64,000 nt of DNA, taken from assembly GCF_009914755.1 (NCBI RefSeq), contig NC_060930.1; one strand, written 5' to 3'. The notes beneath the pieces are model-generated. The model was not told the DNA's origin. It worked only from the letters and a program-made list of their open reading frames with translations, and did not search any database. Of the stretch, positions 29,071-45,625 are shown in pieces. How positions within the stretch are numbered: position 1 is the stretch's first letter; each line of letters opens with the position of its first letter. The stretch is from the human T2T-CHM13v2.0 reference genome, Homo sapiens. A program made the translations under genes and the position numbers.

Positions 29071-30847
29071 TTGTTCACATACAAGTGTTAGCATTTATAA
29101 TATTATTTATAATTGCAAGACTAAGTACTAGTTATATATTTATTCAACAAGATATAGGGTACTTGATAGTAATTCACCTTTCTCTATTCGACTTCATTCA
29201 TGTAAATTGCAGCTGTTTAATGAAATATTAAAAGTAATTTAAGTATAACTTAACTTCTTCCTTCCACATCTTTGCCACAACAGAGGAGTCCTGGTAATTT
29301 TATACTAAATGCCCAATAATTACATGTGGGTGAAAGTAGTGGGAAAGAAATTATCTGGTATTGTTGATTAAAGATGAATGGAATCATATATGGTAATTTT
29401 GCTTATACAAGGATTTTATGAAACAACTTTTCTGCCTTCCTTGGTAATCGGGAAGAGGGCGGGCAACATTGCCTGAAGTTGTTCTGTTTAACCGCTGAGG
29501 ATTCTGAGAAATACAGTTCTTGAGGTAACAGGTTAGCAGAGATGCTGAAAAACATTTGATGATAAAGGACCTTTCATGCTAAGAGCTAAAATCACCTATA
29601 ATGTTAATATTATAAGATACTATTTGATTTGAGGAAAAACCTCACATAAGTCAGCCCAATTTTTGAAAGAAATGGATAACTACAGTGTCCCTTTGAACTT
29701 GTAGGCGTTTCAGCCCTAGTAAGAGCTCCCAATAGACACGGGAATTCAAAATTGCTTAAAAGATGAGAATTAATATTATATTTACATTAGGTTCATTTTA
29801 AATTAGTTTCAGTTATATCCATAATTAAATACAAATTTACAACAATGACCACAATGATGATGTGAAGTGGTTATTGTACAAGATCTTTTCAAAACCTATT
29901 GTAGCCAATTTTTCCTGGCCAAACAAATTCTAAAACATAAAATAAGAGTCAAAGGAAATAAATGATTTAATATATAATTAGTCCCTTTGTATCAAAAAAT
30001 TCAAAGTAATAAAAACTTCATTATGGCAGACAAAGCACGCAATGTGGGGACAACACAGAAATCCAAGAAAGGCAAGACCAATTTCAAGGCACTAAATAAG
30101 TGGACTGAGACAAGAAGTACACAGATACTTCCCAGAACAAAGTAAGTACTGTGCAAGTTTTGTTTCTTAAATGCTATGAAAGCACAAAGAAGGCTTTTAT
30201 GGGCTTTAAAGACGTGTAGTATTGGCTTTACAGATTTGTAGTATTCTTTTACCCATACAGAGCCACATTTTTTTTAGATTTCTACTAATGAAGTTTTGTT
30301 TCTAGTCTCCTGTGAACAAATTTAATAATCTAGTCTCTATATGAGCTCTACTTTTAAAAAACATTAAAATTGAAATATATACATTCTCCTACATTTTGAC
30401 CTGATATAATTGTATTCCTCAAATATAACAGCATACTTTAGTGCCACATGAAAGTTCCTCCTTTTTACATAAAGCCTTTTTTTTTTTTTCTTTTTGCAGC
30501 TTGGTTCTAAGGAAGTTCCAGACTAAAATAGTGCATCAAGAGGACTGGCATAATCAGCCTCACTAAAAACAGCCTGATTAATACTAAATATGTCCTAGCT
30601 CCTAATCAATTATGTTAATGAAGTCATAGGCAGCACATCTGCAAGCCCTGACAAAGCCCATGATCTCAGCATTGCCTGATAATATAGACTCCCCGAGCTG
30701 CTCAGGGTTAGCAGCCTTCAAGCTTTCAGAGAAGACACTGACAAAGGCTTGTGATCCTCAAACCTTGTTATTTTATTCACCACAGCCTATTACTAGGTTC
30801 TGGGATGAACTGTCAAATTACATTGCTCTTTAAATAAAATAACAGGA

Positions 30848-31225
<378 letters not shown>

Positions 31226-32184
31226 CTAAGCAAAATATTTGCTACTTGGTGTTTTATGAGCCTCTGCTAGGAGATAACTTGGCATCAAACACTTGAATAA
31301 TCTGACTATCAAAGTCTCCCTCAAGTTGGGAAATCTGAATTCGTTGCTTTATGTCCATCTGGAAACAACAACAGAATTAGAATCCCATGAAAAATTAAGG
31401 CAACGCTATTATTTATAGGGGTTGTCTTGTCCAATGAACATTTTGGCGAGTGAGATAGTTTTGTGTCAAATTCTCTTAAGTCATGTGAACTATTATAGTC
31501 CAAATGCCAAAAGAAATGTAATTCTGATTTTTTTGGTCTATTTTCTTTCTGTTTTTTTTTTTTTGGACTGGTTGTTTGTAAATCACTTGTTTACTCTCTA
31601 GGTAAGTGATATACAATAGTAACCTCTTCCTGGATGAATCCTCATGAGTGTCATCACTTAGTCTCAAGGGATGGCCAAAGCCAATGGGCAGTTGTTGAGC
31701 TGAGTGGGAAGATCTTGAACAAGCAGGCTGGAGTGTCCACATTGCACACAGAAGATCTTTTCCAATTTGGGACTGAGCTAGGGGTTTCTACCCCTTTCTA
31801 GGGTGGCTGTGATCTGAGGAAGACCTCCATTTGTACTGTTGTAAAAAATTAATGATTTAGCTTTAATTACTGGTGTTTTATATAGGCAAATTGAGTCTTG
31901 ACAGAGAAGGAACTGTTTTCTATTCATCTCTGAATCCCCAGTATTTTGGACAATATCTGAAATGATCCCATGTTTGGGATTTAATAAAAGTTTAAGAAAT
32001 GAATGAAGACTTAAAGAAATGACTTTAACGTTCCAGCAAAATTTATTACAAAGCTGATCTTGAGACATCATATTTTCAAGAATTATTAGTAGTATTAACC
32101 ACCAGTTGTATATAGTACTTATAAACTATACATATACATAAAACAGTATTTGTGTGTGTGTGAGTGTGTGTGTATATATATATT

Positions 32185-32340
32185 TCAATCCTCACAATAA
32201 CGCTAGGAGATCAGTGCTCTGCTTATATCATCTTAGAGATGGCAAAACTCATGAAGAGTTAATTTAAATAACTTTCCAAATTTACAAAGCTAGGAAAAGG
32301 TGGAGCTCAGATTCAAACCCAGCAAATCTGGCACCAGCCT
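32185..32340 (-). mobile_element. MIR SINE
   Basis: TTCAATCCTCACAATAAC...TTAAATAACTTTCCAAA...GATTCAAACCCAG. Confidence 0.7.
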
Positions 32341-34064
32341 CTTCAGAGACTAAATTGATCAAGTTGTGGTAAAACTCCCAGAGTTGCAAGGCATAGCCTT
32401 ATCTATTTGTCCCTATATTTTTTTGCTTGATTCCCAAAGTGCTAGAGTGGGCATCCTTCTGGAAGCTGAGGGTCACCAATATAGAATCTTAAGGGGACAT
32501 TTTTGGTTTTCTAAAAGAAGCAAATTGCAATTTTAGGAAAAGTATAGTTTAGACATACTAAAAGTATTTAAGAAAATATTGGATTTTGCTGTTTCTTTGT
32601 GACTATTTTTGTTGTTGCTGTTCCTCTACATTCTATTTTATCTACAATAGAGATCTTTAAGAAAAAAAAAAGTACTTGCCTTCAAGGGCAGGTGATGCCG
32701 GAGTGGGTCTGGAAGCTTGTTCTGTCGGTAAGGGAGGTGGAATGGCTGGGCTTTGTCCTACACAATGTAGAAGTAGGAATTGGAAAAAAAAAAGTATTAA
32801 CAAATCTAATATCCACAACTAAAAAGCTAGATCTGTCCCCTACATGCATAATTCATAATACCAAGCCAAGTATAAATCATATTATTATGCAAAAAGAAAG
32901 CTATTATTAAGGGAGATCTTTAAGAAGACACCTTCGCGGATTCAGTTATCTTCAGAGCCATTTCTGAATATATTATTTTCCATAGATGGATACGCAATGT
33001 TAAATATATCTACTGGACTTCATTAATGGAAAATGTACATGTACTCAAATTAAGCAATTTATTTTTAATATACACACTAAATTATGGAAACTAAAATCTC
33101 AGAAGCTGAGGGGGAATCTTAATATAAAATTAATCACTATTTTTTCCATTTAACTAAAAATTCTCAAATGATATAATATAGGCAATAAAAGAAGGTTGAA
33201 ATTCATAGGCCTTTGATATTGAACAGATACATTTTTCCCTACCATAATAAATGACCTGTAGTTAAGTAAATAATGAGCCAAAGAGAAAATATATTCAGTT
33301 TTATAGAACTTTGAAAGCTTCTCTCAAGTCTCTGTCTGAGCTTATTATGAACTGCAAAAAAAAAAAAAAAAAAAAAAGAGAGAGAGAGAAAGAAAGAAAA
33401 CCCACAATCATTTCCAAGTACTTCTTTATCCCAAGTGATTTCTTTAATTAACCAATACCATCCAGGCCATGAACTCTCAACATTAGCTATCATATGATCC
33501 CATATAAATTGCTTGCAAAACATTTTATCACTACTTTTCATTCCATAAACTTCTGCTGTGTGTTTTTTATCCAGAAATCAACATGCAACATGGGCATGTG
33601 TAACTTCTAAAATCTCACTGACAACTAGATATTATCAAATGTCAGCAGACCTGCCTTACTGAAAGTTTTCCTTTTTTAGAATTCACCAAAATTAGTTATC
33701 TATGGTGTAATATGGTTTAGCAAGCAAAGTAATTAGAGTTGCACAAACACCACATTTCGGGCCTAGGCCCTCATGCCACATGGAGCTCTGTTCATCATAT
33801 ATGGTTCTTGTAGCTGTTACACCCATACAGGTTGATTACTGAGCATGTTTAAGTATGTATAGAAGCCAAACATACTGTTTCATAACTTACAGGCCGTATG
33901 TCTAGAAAAATATCCATTCATAATATTGTTAATTTCTTTCATTATGGAAGTAAAGATTGACTTAAACATAATATAACATGGAAGTTTATTTTTTCATTAG
34001 CAAAGAAAAAATAAGGCTGGGAACACTAAAAAGAAGGTTGATCCACATTATCTTTCTTTCCCTA

Positions 34065-34260
34065 GCTAACAATTACATAGTGTTTACTATGTGCCAAGAA
34101 TGATCCAAATGGTTTTCCTGCATTAAGTCATTTAATCTTCACAAGCTCTTTGGGATGTGCATATTAGTCTCATTTTATAGTTTTTAAAACTGAGGTTAAC
34201 CAGAGTTTAGGCTTCTCAGCTGCTAATAAGTGGAATTGGATTTCAATGCAGGTTCCCAAG
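34065..34260 (-). mobile_element. MIR SINE
   Basis: TTTACTATGTGCCAAG...TCATTTAATCTTCACAA...CTCATTTTATAG...AAACTGAGG. Confidence 0.7.
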
Positions 34261-34814
34261 TTGCAATTCTTAAAGTTCCTCTCAGATTGCCTATGCTTAA
34301 CAGAAGGGTCATCTATCAGGAGTCCATGACTATAGCTGACGAGGGACAGAGGAGTGAAGCCTCTACTCTAGGTTTCTACTTTCTCGGTGGGTCAAAGGGA
34401 TATATACTTGGAAAGATCTATTCCCCAACCTTGTTTGAGGGCCATTCTTGAAAAAATAATTTTAAGGTACGGTGGTATTTTGTAGCTTTGAAAATAAGCT
34501 ACAAGGACAAAGAAGGAGTCAGTTAAATGACCAAACTTTTAAAATATGAGTGTCCATAAATATACATCAATTGTTTCTAAATACTAAGATAGATCGATAT
34601 CTTCATAGAATGGTGCCTGTTGAGTCTCAGCTGCTTTCTACCCTGTCATATACCTCGGTGAATAGTAGTGGGTGTATAATTATAGTCTTTTATAGTCTTG
34701 AGTTATTGAGGAACTTATTATACTATATATAAAATTATTTCCCTGTAAATTTCACATAATTTACACTATTACCTATATTTAGATTTATCTGAAGGAAATA
34801 TAAAGTTATTATTT

Positions 34815-35080
34815 TATTTAAAACAACTTTATTGCATACTTATTATATACCAGCACCGAAGAATTATTAAACCCCAACCCTGCCTTCAAGAAGTTCCCAA
34901 CATACTGGCTGAAACAGACCTCTAGACAGATCATTACATGATAGTGTGTTGAAGGAAAATCGTATATACTAAGGATATACTGCAGAAAGAGTCTTGAAAG
35001 AGAGTAGGTTAACAGCCTAAAAGGAGCCTGCCAGGTAAGGAAGGATGGGGAAGACGGAGGGATTCCAGGTGGAAGGTATG
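34815..35080 (-). mobile_element. L2 fragment
   Basis: CCCTGCCTTCAAGAAGTTC...GGATTCCAGGTGGAAGG, antisense L2 3' region motifs. Confidence 0.5.
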
Positions 35081-35619
35081 TGGTAAATTAAAAAAAAAAA
35101 AAAGCCTGGATGCCAATATATATATATTTATTAGAACACACAAACTGGTGCTTCTGCGGCATAAAGTGCAATATGCAGTTGATATCAGAAATTCTGCACA
35201 ACTATAATGCTCTTTTTATTCTGCTCTCTAACATGGCTGATGGCATGGTTGTAAGGCAGTGGACACAATGGGTAACAATGGGAAAGTAGGACCACAAGCA
35301 AAAAAAAATTAAAAAAAGAAAGGAGAAGCCAGCTGGCTGCCTGTCTCCATGGTGACAGTGATACTAGCCCTGGCAGGGAATTACTAACTCAGGACAAGTT
35401 TTTGTTGTGATAGGGTGCACCAAAACAAATCAGATGGGTCATACTTGAACATGACACACGACTTTGGTCCTGACTCATATAATCAGTAATGTCAGAGAAT
35501 CTTATTGAAATCACAAATCGTTTTGTTAGGTGAATGAATACATTATATAACATATATAATAATACATAATGAATTATATTAAATGTGATATTATATTTAT
35601 AATACAGCTCTACAACAAA

Positions 35620-35830
35620 ATCAGAGTTGTTTAGTATAAAGACTGCATGCTTAGGAGTCACATGGGTATTAAGCGATAGCTTCAGATCTGTCACTTAGAA
35701 GCTGTGTACATTTGAAAATCTCATAACATCTCCAAGCTTCAGTTAAGGTGTTTATAAAATGTGGATAGTTGTAGGGGTGTTATAGAGATTAAGTGATGAA
35801 GCACCCAGTGCATGGCAGATACTCAAAATA
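35620..35830 (+). mobile_element. MIR SINE
   Basis: CAGATCTGTCACTTAGAAGCTGTG...GAGATTAAGTGA...GCACCCAGTGCATGGCAGATACTCAA. Confidence 0.65.
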
Positions 35831-38199
35831 TTAATTCTTTTCCCGATAATGTATTTACAATTTAAATCCCATCTAATTTCACAAGAAGATTTGAAGCTGA
35901 CTTTTGAAGAAAAACAAAAACAAAGAAAATTGAACATGACAGAAATAGCAGAACTCATTTGTAGAAAAGAGGCTTATAATTTTATTAGGAATATATTCTT
36001 TTGGAATTCCTGAAGATTGTTATTCTCTGAAGGAAAGATTTAGGCTGTTGAAATTTACATTCGAACTCTAAAGGTGCCCTTCATTTTACAAGCTATTACC
36101 TGAAAATCCCTCTGACATTCAAACACAGTAAGTTGGCTTCATTTCTGTTCCTTGAGTGATTTGGGCTGGCTTATTTCCATAATACCTGAATGGTAGGTTG
36201 GCAAATTGCTAATACTTTATTGTTCTGAGTTCTTTTCCATACAAGTCAATTTGGTTGTTTTTGATTTAGTCAAATTCTTTTGGGGCTAGTGTACAGTGTG
36301 CATTCATTCTAATGATCTAAGTTACTGATGTTTTCTTTACTTTCCTAGAAATGATGAATGAGATTACTAAAAATCTTGTCAAGGTAGGAGGCTATGAGCT
36401 GAATTATGATTGCATGATGGAAAAAAGCAATTCACTACACTGAAGTTTAATCTATCTAGTTTCTTTATGAACGAGATTCCCTGATTGAAAACCATTTCTG
36501 AACAACTGAAGCCTACTCCCTCTGTCTTGTAACAAATGTTAAGGCTGTTTTTTTCTCTACCATCTAATAGAGATTTTATGTCATAGACCCTCATTGGATT
36601 TTCCTGGAAGTACGGAGAGTTACATCCAGAGAACTCTGAACATTTTGGAAGGACCCCAATCCTGCAAACAATGAATGGCAATAAATCCTGGGACTGGAAA
36701 GGTATGAGGACCTCCAAGTAACCATTGAGTTAAAATTCCTTTACATTAAAAACACACAATATATGAAATCATTACAAATCCCTGTGTCAATTTGTTCTTT
36801 CAGGTTCATAGAAGGCATTTGTAAATCTATGACTAAAAGTAAAGTGAGAAGATGTGAGTTTAATAAGGAAATGATAGTCAAGTTTATTAAAGCAATAATA
36901 TTACTTATGTATTGGTATAAGTTTCCTAGACTACTTTTGTAAGATGTGGAATATTTTGAAAGTTTGGAATTTAACAAATACTAAAATTAAATGAAAAGAT
37001 GGTTTTATATTTTAGGCTGAGACATGTGATTGTGCTAAGGTTGTGTGTTAATAGGGACACCTTGACCTTCATGCTTCCTTACTATCACTTGCTTCTGTCT
37101 TGTACTTTTGGACCACTTAGGGATGGAAAGAGGAGACCCTAGAGATATGGGGTGCTAACCACTCCTCCCTTTCCCAACCCCATCTATTAAAAATAATTGA
37201 ATTGCCACTCATATAATAATCAGAGATGTTCAAATTTGCCTATTAAACAAAGACCTCTCCAACTGGGAATAATCTGAAGAAGTTCAGGAGTTTGTGTGAG
37301 GTGGGCAGGCACAGGATGTTTTTACTTCAAACAGACATCCTTATACCTTCCATTTGTGTGTTGCTAAATGTCACCACTGTACTTTGCGTTTCTTTTCTTC
37401 CTTCCAGGGGCTTCTCAACCCCAAGGCAACCATAAAGTCCTATACAAAGAAAGATACAGCAGTGTGAAAGAGGCCTGGATGAAAAAACAAAGACAGAGCC
37501 AGTGAGCCAGAGCCAGAGCCAGAGGACAAGAGAGAAAGGCAGAGAATGGAAAACACAGACAGAGAAGGCAGATGCGTAGAGAGACAGAGATTCAATGAGA
37601 AAATAAGGAAGGAAGAAAGAAAGAAAACAAAAACGTTCTCAGCACTACAACTTCTGCCTTGTTCTGTTCCAGAACAGTATGAGCTCAGTACTTTTTCAGA
37701 CTCTCAATTTTCTACAACTAATAATTTGCTCTTTCAGTTAGTGGCAAAGGCTTAACGACAAAGGTTCATCTTTAATATTAGAGAGGCACTTTTAAAATTT
37801 ATGATGCTAAGCCTTTTGTTCTGGATATGGTATGTTGCACAGGTCTAGGGACTGGGATTTCAGATGTCTATTCCGTACCCTTATTCTTTTATTTATTAAA
37901 TCTTTTAGTGTGTATTTTTTTCTATTTTCTCTTCTTTTATTAGTATGTATTTCTTGAGTCATTAACATACAACATATATAGGACTTCCTCTGAGGATACA
38001 ATAATGTATATGATGGACAAGATACGTAAAAGTGCCTTGAAGAGACTTGGTCTTGTGAGGGGACAGACAGGAAACAGGCAATTATCACCTAACTTAGGTC
38101 TGTTGTTTCAAGGTAAAATAAGAATAATAACATCTGTGTTGGCTGGGATGTTGTGAGTGTTTGTGGAGATAATAGTACAAATGAAATTACTGAGGGACA

Positions 38200-39070
38200 A
38201 TGGTGAAGATAGGGCCATATCATGGAGCTTACACTAGTGATGGAAGGAGATGGGAGATACAAAAGCAAGTCAATATTTCAGATTTCGTAAATGAATGGCA
38301 AGCATAGAGCAGTGAGGCAGAGAATGACTGGAGAAAGAGACTATGTTAAACTGGATAGTAAAGGAAGAGCAGGACCCCACTAAACTATATGGAGTTTTGT
38401 GCAAATCACATGAACACACGTAGAACATTTTAGGCTGCTCATGTGACTTTGGATTTGTCCTAAGGGCAATAGTAAGCCTTTGAACTGCTTTAGCATGATA
38501 GGATTTTAAAAGATCACTGGCTGCTGTGTGAACAAAAATAATGTTGTAAAGAAAAGGATATTAGCTGTATCAGATCAGCTGGAGACTACTGAAATAACCC
38601 AAGCTGGCTTGGACTACATAGGAGTAGTGTAAACTCATTCATTCATGCAAGAAATACTTATTGAGTGCCTACTCAGTACCAGACCCTTTTCTAGGACATG
38701 GAGTTATAGCAGTGAACAATATAGAAAAAAATCCCCGAATTCATGGAGACTCCAGTGAGCAGAGACAAAAAAATAGCAACTAAATAAGTTAAAAGGAATT
38801 GAGTACCCTATAAAAGTTTATCAGGGAAATGTTATAAGGAATGACTTTCGGAGTAATGGGTAGTGATCTTAAATGTATGGTCAATGAAAATCAGAAGTTG
38901 TAGAGAAGTGGATAAATTCACAGTACGTTTTAAAGTAGACCTAATAAGACTTAATGAATTTGATGTGGCAAGTGAGAAAAATACATCAAGGATGATGACT
39001 TTTATAATTTGACTTGAGTATCTGGGAACAAACAAGTACAGTGCCATAATAAGGGCAGAAAATTTTCCAT
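38200..39070 (-). mobile_element. Two adjacent L2 fragments (second starts with an L2a 3' end at ~38635)
   Basis: TCATTCATTCATGCAAGAAATACTTATTGAGTGCCTACT...ATAGCAGTGAACAA; TTTTAAAAGATCACTGGCTGCTGTGTG. Confidence 0.7.
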
Positions 39071-39704
39071 TCACTCAGCAACTTATGAACTCATTTGCTT
39101 AGTCTTTATTGCCTCTTGCATTATGTAGTTTTCACTTTGCTGGAGTACTTGTATAGAAGATCACCAGTGAAGAAGCCAGAGATGGTTTATTTGGTCATCC
39201 CAATAATACATCTTATTGTTAATTAACTCTCAAGGGTTTTTTTTCACAATTTTAGAAAAGGTTTAAGCAAATGAATTATTTAACATGAATTGGCTATGTG
39301 ACCCTACTATAAGGTGTTTAAAACACCAACAGCTTAAACTTCTTAGATCAAAGGACATCCTCCAGGCCAAAATGTTTCCACTGGAACGGTTTCTTTGCTT
39401 CCTGATTAAAAGCTTCCCTAATATATTTCCACGTGTTATTACATATTTTCGTATTCACTTTGATGGAAAGCAAGAATAGCAGCCAAATACATATTTCATG
39501 CATTCTTTTGATTAAAAATGATAAAGGTAATATTAGTGTTTTTTTCTTTCTCACCTCCAATTTATGAAGTGGAAATAATTTTCCATGGAATGGCCAACTA
39601 AAGAAAAGAAATATGATAAATTCAGATCATATCATTGTTCCATTTATCCTTGTACCCTGTCTGTGACAGAATACCTGATGTTTGGGATATAACAAAAATA
39701 GATG

Positions 39705-39845
39705 CATAGAATCATAGAGTTTAAGAATGTAAAAGACTTTTGAAATCAGCCATTCTAATACCCTAATTTTTAAGATAGACAAAAAATGGTCTCCGGAAGG
39801 ATAAATAGTCTAACAAAGGTCATGCATTGAGAACAAACCTAATAT
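39705..39845 (-). mobile_element. MIR3/MIRc-like SINE, host of the full-length L1
   Basis: AGAATCATAGAGTTTAAGAATGTAAAAGACTTTTGAAATCA...CTAATACCCTAATTTT. Confidence 0.55.
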
Positions 39846-40757
39846 GAGCCAAGATGGCCGAATAGGAACAGCTCCAGTCTACAGCTCCCAGCGTGAGCGA
39901 CGCAGAAGACGGGTGATTTCTGCATTTCCATCTGAGGTACCGGGTTCATCTCACTAGGGAATGCCAGACAGTGGGCGCAGGTCAGTGGGTGCGCGCACCG
40001 TGCGCAAGCCAAAGCAGGGGGAGGCATTGCCTCAGTCGGGAAGTGCAAGGGGTCAGGGAGTTCCCCTTCCGAGTCAAAGAAAGGGGTGACGGACAGCACC
40101 TGGAAAATCGGGTCACTCCCACCCGAATACTGCGCTTTTCCGACAGGCTTAAAAAACGGCGCACCACAAGATTATATCCCACACCTGGCTCGGAGGGTCC
40201 TACGCCCACGGAATCTCGCTGATTGCTAGCACAGCAGTCTGAGATCAAACTGTAAGGCGGCAGCAAGGCTGGGGGAGGGGCGCCCGCCATTGCCCAGGCT
40301 TTCTTAGGAAAACAAAGCAGCCGGGAAGCTCGAACTGGGTGGAGCCCACCACAGCTCAAGGAGGCCTGACTGCCTCTGTAGGCTCCACCTCTGGGGGCAG
40401 GGCACAGACAAACAAAAAGACAGCAGTAACCTCTGCAGACTTAAATGTCCCTGTCTGACAGCTTTGAAGAGAGCAGTGGCTCTCCCAGCACGCAGCTGGA
40501 GATCTGAGAACGGGCAGAGAACGGGCAGACTGCCTTCTCAAGTGGGTCCCTGACCCCTGACCCCCGAGCAGCCTAACTGGGAGGCAACCCCCCAGCAGGG
40601 GCACACTGACACCTCACACGGCAGGGTATTCCAACAGACCTGCAGCTGAGGGTCCTGTCTGTTAGAAGGAAAACTAACAAACAGAAAGGACATCCACACC
40701 AAAAACCCATCTGTACATCACCATCATCAAAGACCAACAGTAGATAAAACCACAAAG
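39846..40757 (+). promoter_or_regulatory. L1 5'UTR internal sense/antisense promoter, CpG-rich
   Basis: YY1 site CAAGATGGCCG at the 5' end; highest CpG density in the window; established L1 5'UTR function. Confidence 0.8.
39982..40290 (-). CDS. L1 antisense ORF0-like frame, open, 102 aa
   Basis: MAGAPPPALLPPYSLISDCCASNQRDSVGVGPSEPGVG... matches the primate L1 ORF0 N-terminus; expression not shown. Confidence 0.55.
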   Translation of the reverse strand: MAGAPPPALLPPYSLISDCCASNQRDSVGVGPSEPGVGYNLVVRRFLSLSEKRSIRVGVTRFSRCCPSPLSLTRKGNSLTPCTSRLRQCLPLLWLAHGARTH

Positions 40758-41774
40758 ATGGGGAAAAAACAGAACAGAAAAACTGGAAACTCTAAAAACC
40801 AGAGTGCCTCTCCTCCTCCAAAGGAACGCAGTTCCTCACCAGCAATGGAACAAAGCTGGATGGAGAATGACTTTGACAAGCTGAGAGAAGAAGGCTTCAG
40901 ACGATCAAATTACTCTGAGCTACAGGAGGACATTCAAACCAAACGCAAAGAAGTTGAAAACTTTGAAAAAAATTTAGAAGAATGTATAACTAGAATAACC
41001 AATACAGAGAAGTGCTTAAAGGAGCTGATGGAGCTGAAAACCAAGGCTTGAGAACTACATGAAGAATGCAGAAGCCTCAGGAGCCGATGCGATCAACTGG
41101 AAGAAAGGGTATCAGCAATGGAAGATGAAATGAATGAAATGAAGCGAGAAGGGAAGTTTAGAGAAAAAAGAATAAAAAGAAGTGAGCAAAGCCTCCAAGA
41201 AATATGGGACTATGTGAAAAGACCAAATCTACGTCTGATTGGTGTACCTGAAAGTGATGGGGAGAATGGAACCAAGTTGGAAAACACACTGCAGGATATT
41301 ATCCAGGAGAACTTCCCCAATCTAGCAAGGCAGGCCAACGTTCAGATTCAGGAAATACAGAGAAGGCCACAAAGATACTCCTCGAGAAGAGCAACTCCAA
41401 GACACATAATTGTCAGATTCACCAAAGTTGAAATGAAGGAAAAAATGTTAAGGGCAGCCAGAGAGAAAGGTCGGGTTACCCTCAAAGGGAAGCCCATCAG
41501 ACTAACAGCGGATCTCTCGGCAGAAACCCTACAAGCCAGAAGAGAGTAGGGGCCAATATTCAACATTCTTAAAGAAAAGAATTTTCAACCCAGAATTTCA
41601 TATCCAGCCAAACTAAGCTTCATAAGCGAACGAGAAATAAAATACTTTACAGACAAGCAGATGCTGAGAGATTTTGTCACCACCAGGCCTGCCCTAAAAG
41701 AGCTCCTGAAGGAAGAGCTAAATATGGAAAGGAACAACCAGTACCAGCCACTGCAAAATCATGCCAAAACGTAA
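40758..41774 (+). pseudogene. L1 ORF1p with two nonsense codons
   Basis: MGKKQNRKTGNSK start; stops at 41049-41051 (TGA) and 41547-41549 (TAG). Confidence 0.95.
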
Positions 41775-41837
41775 AGACCATCGAGACTAGGAAGAAACTG
41801 CATCAACTAACGAGCAAAATAACCAGCTAACATCATA

Positions 41838-45625
<3,788 letters not shown>

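Noticed and set aside
37025-37760. Possible ancient LTR (TG start, GA-rich interior, ends ACA)
   Set aside because: Too degenerate to assign without a profile search
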